A stretch of 64,000 nucleotides of DNA, from contig JBNKNM010000002.1 of NCBI GenBank assembly GCA_050293845.1, forward strand, positions 18,045-82,044, read 5' to 3'. The translations under genes and the position numbers were made by a program. Below, in pieces: positions 18,526 to 28,014 of the stretch. Source of the stretch: Pseudobacteriovorax sp. Lineage in GTDB: Bacteria > Bdellovibrionota_B > Oligoflexia > Oligoflexales > Oligoflexaceae. Each line of letters opens with the position of its first letter. The first letter of the stretch is position 1. The notes under the pieces are model-generated. The model saw only the letters and a program-made list of their open reading frames with translations, searched no databases and had not been told where the DNA came from.

Positions 18526-19908
18526 ATGAAACCGGCACTAAGAACCTGCAAATTGTTCATCATTCTATCTATCATTATCGGCTGCGATCAAGGGAAGGAT
18601 GAAGTTTTAACGTCTAATTCGACTCTCATTACAGGAACAGACCTCGAAAAGGAATACGACTTTGATCCTCAAGTGGCTAAAACCAATGACTTAGCCCTGA
18701 GTGCCTTCATTTCCCGACGGGTCCCTAGTGGTGCCACAGATAGTGTTTCAAAAGTCTACCTTTTCAATACCCAGTCTGTGCTATCACAGTTTACCGCGGA
18801 CATTCCCCAATTTTCAACTGCAAGAGAACTCAATTTTGCCCTCAGCCCTAATGGGTTGCTGATGGCCATTTTTGCAAGAACCCCACAGGATACGGGGGAA
18901 GATGTGTCATCCTTGTCAATTATCTCCTTAGATAAAGAAAATATCACTCAAGTTAGCGGAGTAGAATCAGATGCTTGGATTGATAGCCTGGCTTTTGCTC
19001 CCGACTCGGGTGCGCTTGTCTATACTAAATGGGCAGATGCTAGCCCCAATAGCTACTATTTACCCGTAAACAGTGAAACTGGCGCTATTGGTGAAGAGTT
19101 TAAGCTAGAAAAGAAGCAGAACATCGAAGTCAGCAGCACAGAAGGGGTAGACTATGTCAAGGTCGCAGAGAAGGGTATTTATAGTGATGTAATCAGTCTA
19201 CATAAGGAAAGTGGAACAAAACTAGTTCCAGTAGAGGGTACCTTAGATTTAGCACACTCTTCTCTGCCTTCCAGACTGGGTCCCCAAGGGTTTCTTTATT
19301 TCAGTCCCTTAGCCGAAGCTACAACAAAAGACCGCCTCGGTAACTTTCAACAAAGTGAAGAAAGCTCAGGACGGGGTAAAGTATTCATTGAGCAAAAGCT
19401 AATGGTAGGAAGCCTCGGCGATCTGAGAAATGAAATTGCAGGTAGTTTGGGTTTCGAGGATGAGGGGTTTTATTCTCCTCTTCGACCAGTTAAACCTCAT
19501 GATTTGGCAGCTATTGAGGATTATACCCTGGTTGCAGGTGGGGATTACTATGTCTGTGAAAAGGGTGTCCTTTATGGAACCACTTTGACCCTTATAAATC
19601 ATAGCACAAAGGCTTTATTGACTTTTATGATTGGAACCGATGATCAACGCGTTCCCACAGGCCCCAATTTAGACCCTTGTAGTACGGTTGTGCCGGCAAT
19701 TAATTCCTTGCAGCTATTCGAGCAGAGGATAGAAGCAGTCAGTTTAAAGAGGGCTGCTAATGGGGAGTTCATGATAGCGTTTGAGTCTTGGGACCGCGAT
19801 GACCCAGAAATCTATCAATTTCAATTCTCTGCCGACTTTACTAGCACAGAACAAGCTAAGACAAGTTTCACCTTAAAGTCCTTTCATGCGGTTTCTAACA
19901 ATTCCTAA
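18526..19908 (+). CDS. Putative lipoprotein, TolB/WD40-like beta-propeller
   Basis: AAGGAG RBS; lipobox IIIGC; ALSPNG and AFAPDS repeats. Confidence 0.65.
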   Translation: MKPALRTCKLFIILSIIIGCDQGKDEVLTSNSTLITGTDLEKEYDFDPQVAKTNDLALSAFISRRVPSGATDSVSKVYLFNTQSVLSQFTADIPQFSTARELNFALSPNGLLMAIFARTPQDTGEDVSSLSIISLDKENITQVSGVESDAWIDSLAFAPDSGALVYTKWADASPNSYYLPVNSETGAIGEEFKLEKKQNIEVSSTEGVDYVKVAEKGIYSDVISLHKESGTKLVPVEGTLDLAHSSLPSRLGPQGFLYFSPLAEATTKDRLGNFQQSEESSGRGKVFIEQKLMVGSLGDLRNEIAGSLGFEDEGFYSPLRPVKPHDLAAIEDYTLVAGGDYYVCEKGVLYGTTLTLINHSTKALLTFMIGTDDQRVPTGPNLDPCSTVVPAINSLQLFEQRIEAVSLKRAANGEFMIAFESWDRDDPEIYQFQFSADFTSTEQAKTSFTLKSFHAVSNNS

Positions 19909-20881
19909 AGAAGGATTGAATTTTTGCCAAAGCGTCAATACAGTCATTGCCGATTTGGCTCATTAATTCTTGCTGTGATGCAAACTTTTGTTCCATGCGT
20001 ATTTTTTCAAGAAAGAACAGCTGTAGCTCTTTACCATAAAGTTCACTGCGGCTGTCAAATTCCAGTAGATGGGCCTCTATTACAGTATTCCCATCGGTAT
20101 TGAAAGTAGGACGCGTTCCCACATTAATAACGCAAGAAATCAAGTCCTGATCCAAAAAATCCCTAGCATGGGCTCTTGGTTCTAGGACACAAAGTCCTGC
20201 ATAGACACCTCGGGCTGGAAGGATTTGATCATGATTGACAATATTTGCCGTGGGAAATCCTATGGTTCTTCCTTTTTTACGGCCGTGGGCCACTTTACCA
20301 GCTACAAAATAGGGACGTCCTAAATACGCTGCTGCTAGCTGCATATTACCGTCTATAATGGAATTGCGGATAGAGGTGCTGCTGATCCTCTGCCCTTGTA
20401 GTTTCTCCGCTTTCAAGGTGTGGAGCTGCATACTATTTTGCTCACAAAGCTCAGTTAACAGATCGATGTTACCCAGGCGTCCCTTGCCGAAACGAAAATT
20501 ATCGCCGAGGACAAGATGCTTTACATGGAGTTTTTCCATGAGAATATCAGTAAAGAAGCTTTTATAATCCAAAGAGGCAAAGTCCTGATTAAAATCCTGT
20601 ATGATGGCAAAATTAAGATGCCCCATTCTGAATGCTGCAATTTTATCCTGAGATCTGAAAATTCTTGAGTTTTCTTGGTAGCGACTGAAAAAAACTTTTG
20701 GGCTTGGCTCAAAGGTTAAGGCACCGGCAGCACATGATTGCTGTTTGGATATACCGACAACTTTTTTGAGGAGAGCCTGATGTCCAAGGTGGCAACCATC
20801 AAAATCTCCTATGGTCAAAGCAGTTTCACGCTGTATTGACGTGTCAATAGATGCTGAATGGATGCTGTTAAATAATTTCAA
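19895..20881 (-). CDS. ribF: Bifunctional riboflavin kinase/FAD synthetase
   Basis: TIGDFDGCHLGH, FRFGKGR, ISSTSIR, GRTIGFPTAN and EAHLL motifs. Confidence 0.96.
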   Translation of the reverse strand: MKLFNSIHSASIDTSIQRETALTIGDFDGCHLGHQALLKKVVGISKQQSCAAGALTFEPSPKVFFSRYQENSRIFRSQDKIAAFRMGHLNFAIIQDFNQDFASLDYKSFFTDILMEKLHVKHLVLGDNFRFGKGRLGNIDLLTELCEQNSMQLHTLKAEKLQGQRISSTSIRNSIIDGNMQLAAAYLGRPYFVAGKVAHGRKKGRTIGFPTANIVNHDQILPARGVYAGLCVLEPRAHARDFLDQDLISCVINVGTRPTFNTDGNTVIEAHLLEFDSRSELYGKELQLFFLEKIRMEQKFASQQELMSQIGNDCIDALAKIQSFFRNC

Positions 20882-21122
20882 GTAATATTCCCCGATAGAG
20901 TTATCATTCTATTTTAGCTATTCTAGCCTTTATTTAGAGTAAGTTTTACTAGACTATCAAGTAGCTAGGACAAAAGATGATATTTTGTAGCACCTGATTA
21001 TCGCGTAAGCAATGGCACATACAGGGTTCTGTAAAATGACTTCCTAGTGATCGGACTTCATTAGCAGCGCAAGTGATAAAAGTTTGATAGACTGATAACA
21101 AGTAGTTCTTTATAGGGAGCCC

Positions 21123-21599
21123 GTGGAAGATTTGCAGCGACTGACCTTTTTTGATGGTTCGAATTTTGCTACTTTTTTAGTAGCCATTACTTTAGCCACT
21201 GTACTAGTAAGTTTACTGAGTCAATGGATGTCTTTATGGCATGCTAAAAAGAAGCTTAAAAACAGGGGTAAGGATGGGCTATCACATGTTAAATTTAGGC
21301 TGGTCAAAGGGCATCAAGGGGAGACCCGCGTAGGATATCTGCGCTCAGTGACACCAGGCCATGCTACCCTGATTGCACCCCATGAAACGGTTCCGAAGGG
21401 TACTATATTAGAATTAAATCTCCCAGAAGTAGAGGCTGGGTTAGGTCATGTTAGCGTCAGGGGAAAGGTTACGAAGTCTCGTAGCTTAGGAGGAGAACCA
21501 GAAAACTGGCTTATTAATATCCAGTTTTTGGAAAAAAATGAACTCAGTTCCTCTGCTATTGTCAATTATCTTAAAAATTCAAAAAGAGTCCCAGAATGA
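21123..21599 (+). CDS. Membrane-anchored PilZ-like domain protein
   Basis: N-terminal TM helix, then a PilZ-like beta pattern (PKGTILELNL...VRGKVT...NIQF). Confidence 0.55.
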   Translation: MEDLQRLTFFDGSNFATFLVAITLATVLVSLLSQWMSLWHAKKKLKNRGKDGLSHVKFRLVKGHQGETRVGYLRSVTPGHATLIAPHETVPKGTILELNLPEVEAGLGHVSVRGKVTKSRSLGGEPENWLINIQFLEKNELSSSAIVNYLKNSKRVPE

Positions 21600-22423
21600 T
21601 CGATGGAAGGACCCGGCTTCTGGGTGTGCTCGGGAATCCTGTAAGCCACTCCCAGTCCCCACAAATTCATAATTTTGCCATCCAGCAGTTGAACATGAAC
21701 CATTGCTATGTCCCCCTTCATTACCAAGGGGATGATCTGTCATCGCTACTCCGCAGCTTATGGCAACTGGGTTTTGTTGGGGTAAATGTGACTTTGCCGT
21801 ATAAAGAGGCTGTTGCCGGGGTTTTATCCACTCCCCTGAATGCTGTGAATACCCTTTATCGGAGAGATGCAGATTATTGGCAGTGTCAATCCACTGATGG
21901 CATTGGCTTCATCAGAAGCGTTGCGCGTATTCTCCCATGGGAAAAGCTAGAACAGGTTGTTATCTTAGGTAACGGTGGTGCTGTCCAATCGTTAATCGCT
22001 GCTTTGCACCACGATTACCCCCGGTTACCTTTTACTATTTTAAGAAGAAGCCCAGAAAAGGATAAACAGATTGCCACAGCCATAAGTTCTCCTATCGATT
22101 TTCGTTCCTTTACTGAAAATTCCCTTAAGGAAGCTGTCAACGGTAAGTATACTTTACTGATTCAGGGAACAAGTGCTCCCGTCTATGGTCATGACTTAAA
22201 GGAACTAGTCCCTGCCTTGCAACATCTGCAGGGAGGATATTCAGACTTATGCTACGGCTATCCATCAGCTCTTTTGGATGAAGCCAGGCGTTTGGGAATA
22301 CCACATCAGGATGGTCTTGGGATGCTGATTGAGCAAGCCCGAGAAGCTCAACTGCTGTGGTGGGGAAAAACCGTTTCTTATGATCGTCTTCTCCGCCATC
22401 TGCATTCCCTTAGTCCGGCTTAA
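21596..22423 (+). CDS. aroE: Shikimate dehydrogenase
   Basis: GNPVSHSQSP, NVTLPYK, AVNT, TDGIGF and DGLGMLIEQA motifs. Confidence 0.93.
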   Translation: MIDGRTRLLGVLGNPVSHSQSPQIHNFAIQQLNMNHCYVPLHYQGDDLSSLLRSLWQLGFVGVNVTLPYKEAVAGVLSTPLNAVNTLYRRDADYWQCQSTDGIGFIRSVARILPWEKLEQVVILGNGGAVQSLIAALHHDYPRLPFTILRRSPEKDKQIATAISSPIDFRSFTENSLKEAVNGKYTLLIQGTSAPVYGHDLKELVPALQHLQGGYSDLCYGYPSALLDEARRLGIPHQDGLGMLIEQAREAQLLWWGKTVSYDRLLRHLHSLSPA

Positions 22424-22829
22424 AATACAAATATTCACCAATCAATCCCAGGGGGTCCCTAAAGTACACACTCCGGCCATCACGCCGATCATAGGGACCT
22501 TTCAATATTTCAATGTTATTGGTTTCGAGGAATGCGGTGAAACCATCAACCTCTTCTGGAGATTGGGCGTAAAATCCATAGTGATCTAGATGCTGAAATC
22601 CGGCTTTATTTTGGTAGGAGCTTTCCGCACCATGTTCTGGTTTGTTTACAGCCATGCGCGGAGTTTTCACAGCTAGCACGTCCGCCCCTGCCAAGAAAAA
22701 AAACAGCTCGCCGCGATCTTCGATGAGTTTTAAGCCGAGAGTTTCGATAAACCAGTGTCTAGCTAAGGAAATATCTTCTACGACGATGCCCAAGTGATTA
22801 AGGCCTGTTATGGAAAAAGTTCTAGACAT
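22410..22829 (-). CDS. VOC (glyoxalase/bleomycin resistance) family protein
   Basis: GLNHLGIVVED, DHYGF and SVYFRDPLG motifs. Confidence 0.9.
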   Translation of the reverse strand: MSRTFSITGLNHLGIVVEDISLARHWFIETLGLKLIEDRGELFFFLAGADVLAVKTPRMAVNKPEHGAESSYQNKAGFQHLDHYGFYAQSPEEVDGFTAFLETNNIEILKGPYDRRDGRSVYFRDPLGLIGEYLYFKPD

Positions 22830-22871
22830 TTTATCCCCCTATGGTATAGGCCCCCAAAGTTGGGGAGGTGT

Positions 22872-23924
22872 ATGCTAAGTCGCTCAGAACTTAAAAAATT
22901 ATTTAGCGAACATGGGTTGCGATATTTAGGGTTCGTACCCCTTAAGGCTGATCATAAAAGCTTTGCAAGGTTCCAGCAATGGATATCCCAGGGATGTCAT
23001 GGAGAGATGGGCTACCTCGAAAAGAATAGCCAATTTCGCTTGGACCCAGGGCAGCTCGAGCCTGGTTTAGATGGGGCTATTATTCTGGGACTGCCTTACT
23101 ATCATCGTCAGAACGCTGAAGGAGCAAACATTGCGCGATATGCAGTCATGGACGATTATCATAAGTTGATGCGCCGACGAGCGGCGCGGGCTATCACGAC
23201 TCTAAAGGAGCTGATACCTCAAATAAAATCGACGCGGATCACCATTGACTCAGCACCCCTATTGGAACGCTCCTTAGCCGCTAAAACCAGGCGTGGATTC
23301 ATTGGTAAAAATACCTGTTACATACACCCCGAATACGGTAGCTTTTTATTGCTGGGAGAAATTCTGCTAACAGCGGTCTCCTTTCCACAGGAAGAGCGGC
23401 ATGATGTGAACCCAGCCATGCGACGTCCAGAGGGTGGCTGTGGAACTTGCAAAAGGTGCCAGGTTTTTTGCCCCACGGGCGCATTGGATCAAGATTATCG
23501 TCTAGATGCACGATTATGTCTTGCTTACTGGACCATCGAACATCGCGGAGCGATTCCCTTAAAATTCTGGAAATATTTAAGTAAGTACTGGTTTGGTTGT
23601 GATATATGTCAGAATGTCTGCCCATATAATCGTAATCTTGAAGAGCAAGACAACGCTTTGCCACTTAAGTCTCATTTAAAAAATGTCTCTTTGGCGGCAG
23701 TAGCTACTATGGATCAGTCGTTTTATGAGGAGACTTTTGCTGCTACCCCATTGACGCGGGCCAAAAAGCAAGGCTTACAGCGCAATGCTCTTATCAGCCT
23801 TGTGGTATCGGACTCTCCTGATGTAACAGCTGTACTAAAGACTCTGAGAGCGCGCCGTGATAATCATCCTACGGTCATAGCAACGCTTGAACAAGTCGAC
23901 TTGTGGTATCGCTCAAGACAGTAA
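22872..23924 (+). CDS. queG: tRNA epoxyqueuosine reductase
   Basis: ARYA..DYH, DSAPLLER, GFIGKN, CGTCKRCQVFCPTGA and GCDICQNVCPYN motifs; ATG 22872 after GGAGGT. Confidence 0.95.
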   Translation: MLSRSELKKLFSEHGLRYLGFVPLKADHKSFARFQQWISQGCHGEMGYLEKNSQFRLDPGQLEPGLDGAIILGLPYYHRQNAEGANIARYAVMDDYHKLMRRRAARAITTLKELIPQIKSTRITIDSAPLLERSLAAKTRRGFIGKNTCYIHPEYGSFLLLGEILLTAVSFPQEERHDVNPAMRRPEGGCGTCKRCQVFCPTGALDQDYRLDARLCLAYWTIEHRGAIPLKFWKYLSKYWFGCDICQNVCPYNRNLEEQDNALPLKSHLKNVSLAAVATMDQSFYEETFAATPLTRAKKQGLQRNALISLVVSDSPDVTAVLKTLRARRDNHPTVIATLEQVDLWYRSRQ

Positions 23925-23934
23925 TCTCGTTGAT

Positions 23935-23958
23935 TTTGAAAATGCTGACATTTTCAAA
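23935..23958. terminator. Hairpin between convergent queG and tRNA-Leu
   Basis: TTTGAAAATG-ctga-CATTTTCAAA, a perfect but AT-rich 10-bp stem. Confidence 0.45.
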
Positions 23959-23995
23959 TTTCTGATAGGGATAGGGAACGAACTGTGTTTTGGGA

Positions 23996-24082
23996 TGGTG
24001 CTCAGAACTGGACTTGAACCAGCACGGCCATACGGCCACTAGCCCCTCAAGCTAGCGTGTCTACCAATTCCACCACCTGAGC
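23996..24082 (-). tRNA. tRNA-Leu (anticodon GAG)
   Basis: Reverse complement GCTCAGGTGGTGGAATTGGTAGACACGCTAGCTTGAGGGGCTAGT...GGTTCAAGTCCAGTTCTGAGCACCA; long variable arm and encoded CCA. Confidence 0.97.
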
Positions 24083-24094
24083 AGGGAGAGAAAA

Positions 24095-24433
24095 TTACTT
24101 GGGCTCAGTATTCTCTACGGGAGTTGCCTGAGTATCTTTGGTTTCAGTGCTTTCCTCTTGCTGAGCTGCTTGTTCGAGGCGTTCAGTCAGGCCAGTTTTG
24201 CCCGATGTACCTTGAATGACAGACAGAGAAACACTAGTCACCATAAAAACAGCAGCAACAGCGTAAGTCATCTTTCCTAGGAAGTTTTGAGCGCCTGTGG
24301 CACCAAAGACACCCTGAGAATTGCCACCGCCGAACGCTGCACCGACACCTCCGGAGTTACCTCCTTGGATAATTATGACTAAAATCATAAATAGAGCAGC
24401 TAAAATATGTATTACTGTAATTAAGGTTTCCAT
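24095..24433 (-). CDS. secG: Preprotein translocase subunit SecG
   Basis: Two TM helices around IQGGNSGGVGAAFGGG...VFG...NFLGKMT; followed by tRNA-Leu(GAG). Confidence 0.95.
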   Translation of the reverse strand: METLITVIHILAALFMILVIIIQGGNSGGVGAAFGGGNSQGVFGATGAQNFLGKMTYAVAAVFMVTSVSLSVIQGTSGKTGLTERLEQAAQQEESTETKDTQATPVENTEPK

Positions 24434-24449
24434 TCATCCACCATGATAA

Positions 24450-24525
<76 letters not shown>

Positions 24526-24712
24526 ACTTCCCAAAGGGAGTTAAGTAATTAAATCTTTATCAATTCTAAGTCAATAGCTGTTTAAGAAAAAATTGGAAAT
24601 TATCGCTGCTTGGTACGCCAGATATTATTAATCGCCGTATATAATTGGCCAAGCAGCTCACAACTTGATACTTAGGCAAGTGTAGATCAATTTTCAAGTA
24701 AAGGGATTATAG

Positions 24713-25402
24713 GTGAATAAAACGATAAAAAAATGGGCTATTGTGTTGGTTGGACTAGCACTCATTACAGTTTTCTTTGCTACAGGAACCCACCATTATT
24801 TGACACTGGAAGCTCTTAAAGAGCAGAAGATTGCTATCGATAGTTTTTATCAATCGCATCGCTTACTGACCATGTTCCTGTACTTTACGATCTATGTTGC
24901 TGTCACTGCCTTGTCCTTACCCGGGGCAGCTATTCTCACCCTGGCTGGTGGTGCTGTGTTTGGGTTGGGGATGGGGACCGTCATCGTTTCTTTTAGCAGT
25001 ACTATCGGTGCCAGCTGCGCCTTTCTTGTGGCCCGCTACCTCTTTCAAGACACGGTGCAAAATAAATTTGGCGATAAGTTAGAAACGATTAATAAGGGAA
25101 TTCGTGAAGAAGGAGCCTTCTACTTGTTTACCTTGCGACTGATCCCCGCATTTCCTTTTTTCATGATTAACCTACTGATGGGAATGACCTCCATCAGACT
25201 CATAACCTTCTTCTTTGTCAGTCAAGCAGGGATGTTACCTGGCACCATCGTATATGTTAATGCAGGGACCCAGCTAGGAAAACTGAATTCCCTAAAGGAT
25301 ATTGGTTCCCCGGAACTCTTAGGGTCGTTTATACTTCTTGGACTCTTCCCTTTGATTGTGAAAAAATTGATGGGGCGAGTACGTGCACAGCGATCAAAGT
25401 GA
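24713..25402 (+). CDS. TVP38/TMEM64 (VTT/DedA superfamily) membrane protein
   Basis: LSLPGAAILTLAGGAVFG, LRLIPAFPFFMIN and GMLPGTIVY motifs. Confidence 0.92.
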   Translation: MNKTIKKWAIVLVGLALITVFFATGTHHYLTLEALKEQKIAIDSFYQSHRLLTMFLYFTIYVAVTALSLPGAAILTLAGGAVFGLGMGTVIVSFSSTIGASCAFLVARYLFQDTVQNKFGDKLETINKGIREEGAFYLFTLRLIPAFPFFMINLLMGMTSIRLITFFFVSQAGMLPGTIVYVNAGTQLGKLNSLKDIGSPELLGSFILLGLFPLIVKKLMGRVRAQRSK

Positions 25403-25626
25403 GGGGTGTGATGGAAAGGCGTAGAAACGAAAGATGTCCCGTATGCCAGGGTCCTGTGAAATGGGATGATGAAAGGCTAGTTTGTCGTAATTCGTTATGT
25501 TCTTTTAATCATGAACACGTGGTTTGCCCGCGCTGTTCGACTAAAGGAAACAGTGAGCCATCTGGTTATAGGGATGATGAGATCGACTACATTTGTCGTG
25601 ATTGTCAGTATCAGTTTTCGGGATGA
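25399..25626 (+). CDS. Small double zinc-ribbon protein
   Basis: CPVC, CRNSLC, CPRC and CRDC; GTGA overlap with the upstream stop (ATG 25411 is an alternative start). Confidence 0.7.
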   Translation: MRGVMERRRNERCPVCQGPVKWDDERLVCRNSLCSFNHEHVVCPRCSTKGNSEPSGYRDDEIDYICRDCQYQFSG

Positions 25627-25644
25627 AGTGATGAAGTGGTGGGT

Positions 25645-26919
25645 TTACCCACCGCCTACATTGTTAGCCATATCGAAGATGGGTAGATACATGGCAATGA
25701 GAATAAAACCAACAATACTGCCAATGACAATAATCATAACCGGCTCTATCATTGACATCATGGCTGCAATGGCATTATCTACTTCATCTTCGTAGATTTC
25801 CGTTACTTTTGCTAAGGTTTCATCCAGGGTCCCCGTAGACTCACCCACGGCGACCATAGAACTGACTATTTTGGGGAAAAGTGGGGAATCCTGCAAGGGG
25901 TCAGAGAAGTTTTGCCCCTTTGAAATTTCCTCTTTGACTTGAATGACAAATTCTTCAATACGCTTGTTGCCTGAAGATGAAGCGCAGATGTCAAGGGCAT
26001 CGAGTATGGCCACTCCAGAACTAAGCATTGTCGACATGGTTGCGCAAAATCGACCTATAGAGATTTTCAGTATCACCTCACCCAGTATAGGAACTTTCAA
26101 GATATAAGTATCAAAAATTTTGCGACCCTTTGCAGTGCTGTGCCAATACTTAAAAGTGATAAAGGAACCTAAAAGGCTGAGTATCCCCATGTCCCAATTT
26201 CCCATAATGAAATTTGAAGCATCCAAAACGTATTGGGTCACAGCGGGTAAGGCATTACCACTTTCTTCAAATTGTTTCGCAAAGGATGGTACGACAAAGA
26301 CTAGCAAGACAGTGATAACAATCACAGAAACAAGCAAAATAATGATCGGGTAAGTCATAGCTGATTTGACTTGAGACTTAAGCTTTGCAGATTTTTCGAT
26401 ATACTTGACCAACTGCTTGAGTATTATGTCAAGTTTTCCTGAGGCTTCTCCTGCACGAGTCATAGCAACATAAAGCGAATCAAATACGTTGGAATATTGA
26501 TCCAATGCATCGCTCAAGTTGGAACCCTGCTCTATGGAGCTAGATATATTAGCAATAATATCTGCAAACTGCTTATTCTTCTGTTGATCCTTTAGAAGCT
26601 GTAATGCTTGAAGCATAGGAATGCCATTTTCGATCATCAAAGAGAATTGCTTGGAAAATAAGGCTAATTCTTTGGTGTTAGGAAGATTTTCACCAATCTG
26701 AATTTGGATGCGCCCTTGTTTATCCTTGTATATAAAACGTTGGATGCCTTTGCGTGAGCTGCTACTGTGTTTGCTGTCGTCAGTGCAAACAACAACCCTT
26801 ATCGGTCGCATTCTTTTGCTAGCAAGAATATTCATAGCCCTTGGTTTATTGGGAGCATGCATTTCACCAGTGATTATTTTTCCTTGCATATTCCGGGCTT
26901 TATAGGAGTATTTCGGCAT
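25645..26919 (-). CDS. pilC: Type IV pilus platform protein PilC (T2SS F family)
   Basis: YSYKARN..G, AGEASGKL, KSAMTYP, GESTGTLD and IEP...AMYLPIF motifs. Confidence 0.95.
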   Translation of the reverse strand: MPKYSYKARNMQGKIITGEMHAPNKPRAMNILASKRMRPIRVVVCTDDSKHSSSSRKGIQRFIYKDKQGRIQIQIGENLPNTKELALFSKQFSLMIENGIPMLQALQLLKDQQKNKQFADIIANISSSIEQGSNLSDALDQYSNVFDSLYVAMTRAGEASGKLDIILKQLVKYIEKSAKLKSQVKSAMTYPIIILLVSVIVITVLLVFVVPSFAKQFEESGNALPAVTQYVLDASNFIMGNWDMGILSLLGSFITFKYWHSTAKGRKIFDTYILKVPILGEVILKISIGRFCATMSTMLSSGVAILDALDICASSSGNKRIEEFVIQVKEEISKGQNFSDPLQDSPLFPKIVSSMVAVGESTGTLDETLAKVTEIYEDEVDNAIAAMMSMIEPVMIIVIGSIVGFILIAMYLPIFDMANNVGGG

Positions 26920-26922
26920 ATG

Positions 26923-28011
26923 TTAGCCCCGCCTCATAGTGGATTTTTGAGACTTATGGATTAATTCGCTCAGCTCATCGGGATTTGTGGCGAAGGTAAG
27001 GGCCTGACTGGGAGATAGGTAACGCTGGGAAACCATTCTTGCAATAGCTTGGTTCATTGTTTGCATTTGACTATTAGCCTGTCCCGATTGCATAGACGAG
27101 TATATCTGATTGATTTTACCTTCGGTAATAAGGGCGCTTATAGCAGGCGTTTTGACCATAATTTCCATACCTAGAGCCCGGCCCCCTTGATCTAAAGGGA
27201 TCAAAATTTGACTGAACACAGCTTCTAGGGTCATTGCCAATTGGGTTCTGATTTGCGCTTGCTGATGGGGAGGAAAGGCATCAACAAGGCGATTGATACT
27301 GGAGATAGCTGAATTCGTATGAAGCGTTCCAAAAACAAGGTGTCCGGTTTCTGCTAGGGTTAAGGCAGAAGATATGGTTTCGAGATCGCGCATTTCGCCA
27401 ACCATGATAATGTCAGGGTCTTGGCGCAACACGCTTCTAAGCGCTTGGGAAAAGCTGTGGGTGTCTCCTCCGATTTCACGCTGGTTAACGATGCAGTTTT
27501 TGTGATGGTGAACAAACTCTATGGGGTCTTCTATGGTTACAATATGACTATAGCGTGTCTCGTTGATATGATTAATAATAGCGGCTAAAGTTGTTGACTT
27601 ACCTGATCCTGTTGGTCCTGTAATTAAGATTAATCCGCGATGCAAGGAACATATCTTTTCGAAGATTGGTGGCAACCCTAGTTCGAGGAATGAGTATAAC
27701 TTGCTGGGAATAGAGCGAAAGGCACCGGCTATGGTGCGCGATTCCCAATAAATATTAGCACGAAAGCGGCAGAGGCTTTTTACCGAAAAAGCCAGGTCGA
27801 TTTCCTTATTTTGCTCCAGAGTTTTCTTTTGGCTTTCGGTTAATACACTATAACAAAGCTCCTGGGATTCTTCAGGGGTCAAGGGAGGAAGATTTAAAGG
27901 GATAATCTGACCATCAATGCGCAAACGCGGTGGCGAGCCAGCCGATATATGGAGATCGCTGGCTTTCTGGTCTATCAATGTTTTAAATAATTGGGGTAGA
28001 GTGTACTCCAC
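26923..28011 (-). CDS. pilT: Type IV pilus retraction ATPase PilT
   Basis: ASDLH, GPTGSGKSTT, IEDPIE, LRQDPD..MVGEMRD and AETGHLVFGTLHT motifs. Confidence 0.93.
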   Translation of the reverse strand: MEYTLPQLFKTLIDQKASDLHISAGSPPRLRIDGQIIPLNLPPLTPEESQELCYSVLTESQKKTLEQNKEIDLAFSVKSLCRFRANIYWESRTIAGAFRSIPSKLYSFLELGLPPIFEKICSLHRGLILITGPTGSGKSTTLAAIINHINETRYSHIVTIEDPIEFVHHHKNCIVNQREIGGDTHSFSQALRSVLRQDPDIIMVGEMRDLETISSALTLAETGHLVFGTLHTNSAISSINRLVDAFPPHQQAQIRTQLAMTLEAVFSQILIPLDQGGRALGMEIMVKTPAISALITEGKINQIYSSMQSGQANSQMQTMNQAIARMVSQRYLSPSQALTFATNPDELSELIHKSQKSTMRRG

Positions 28012-28014
28012 TTG

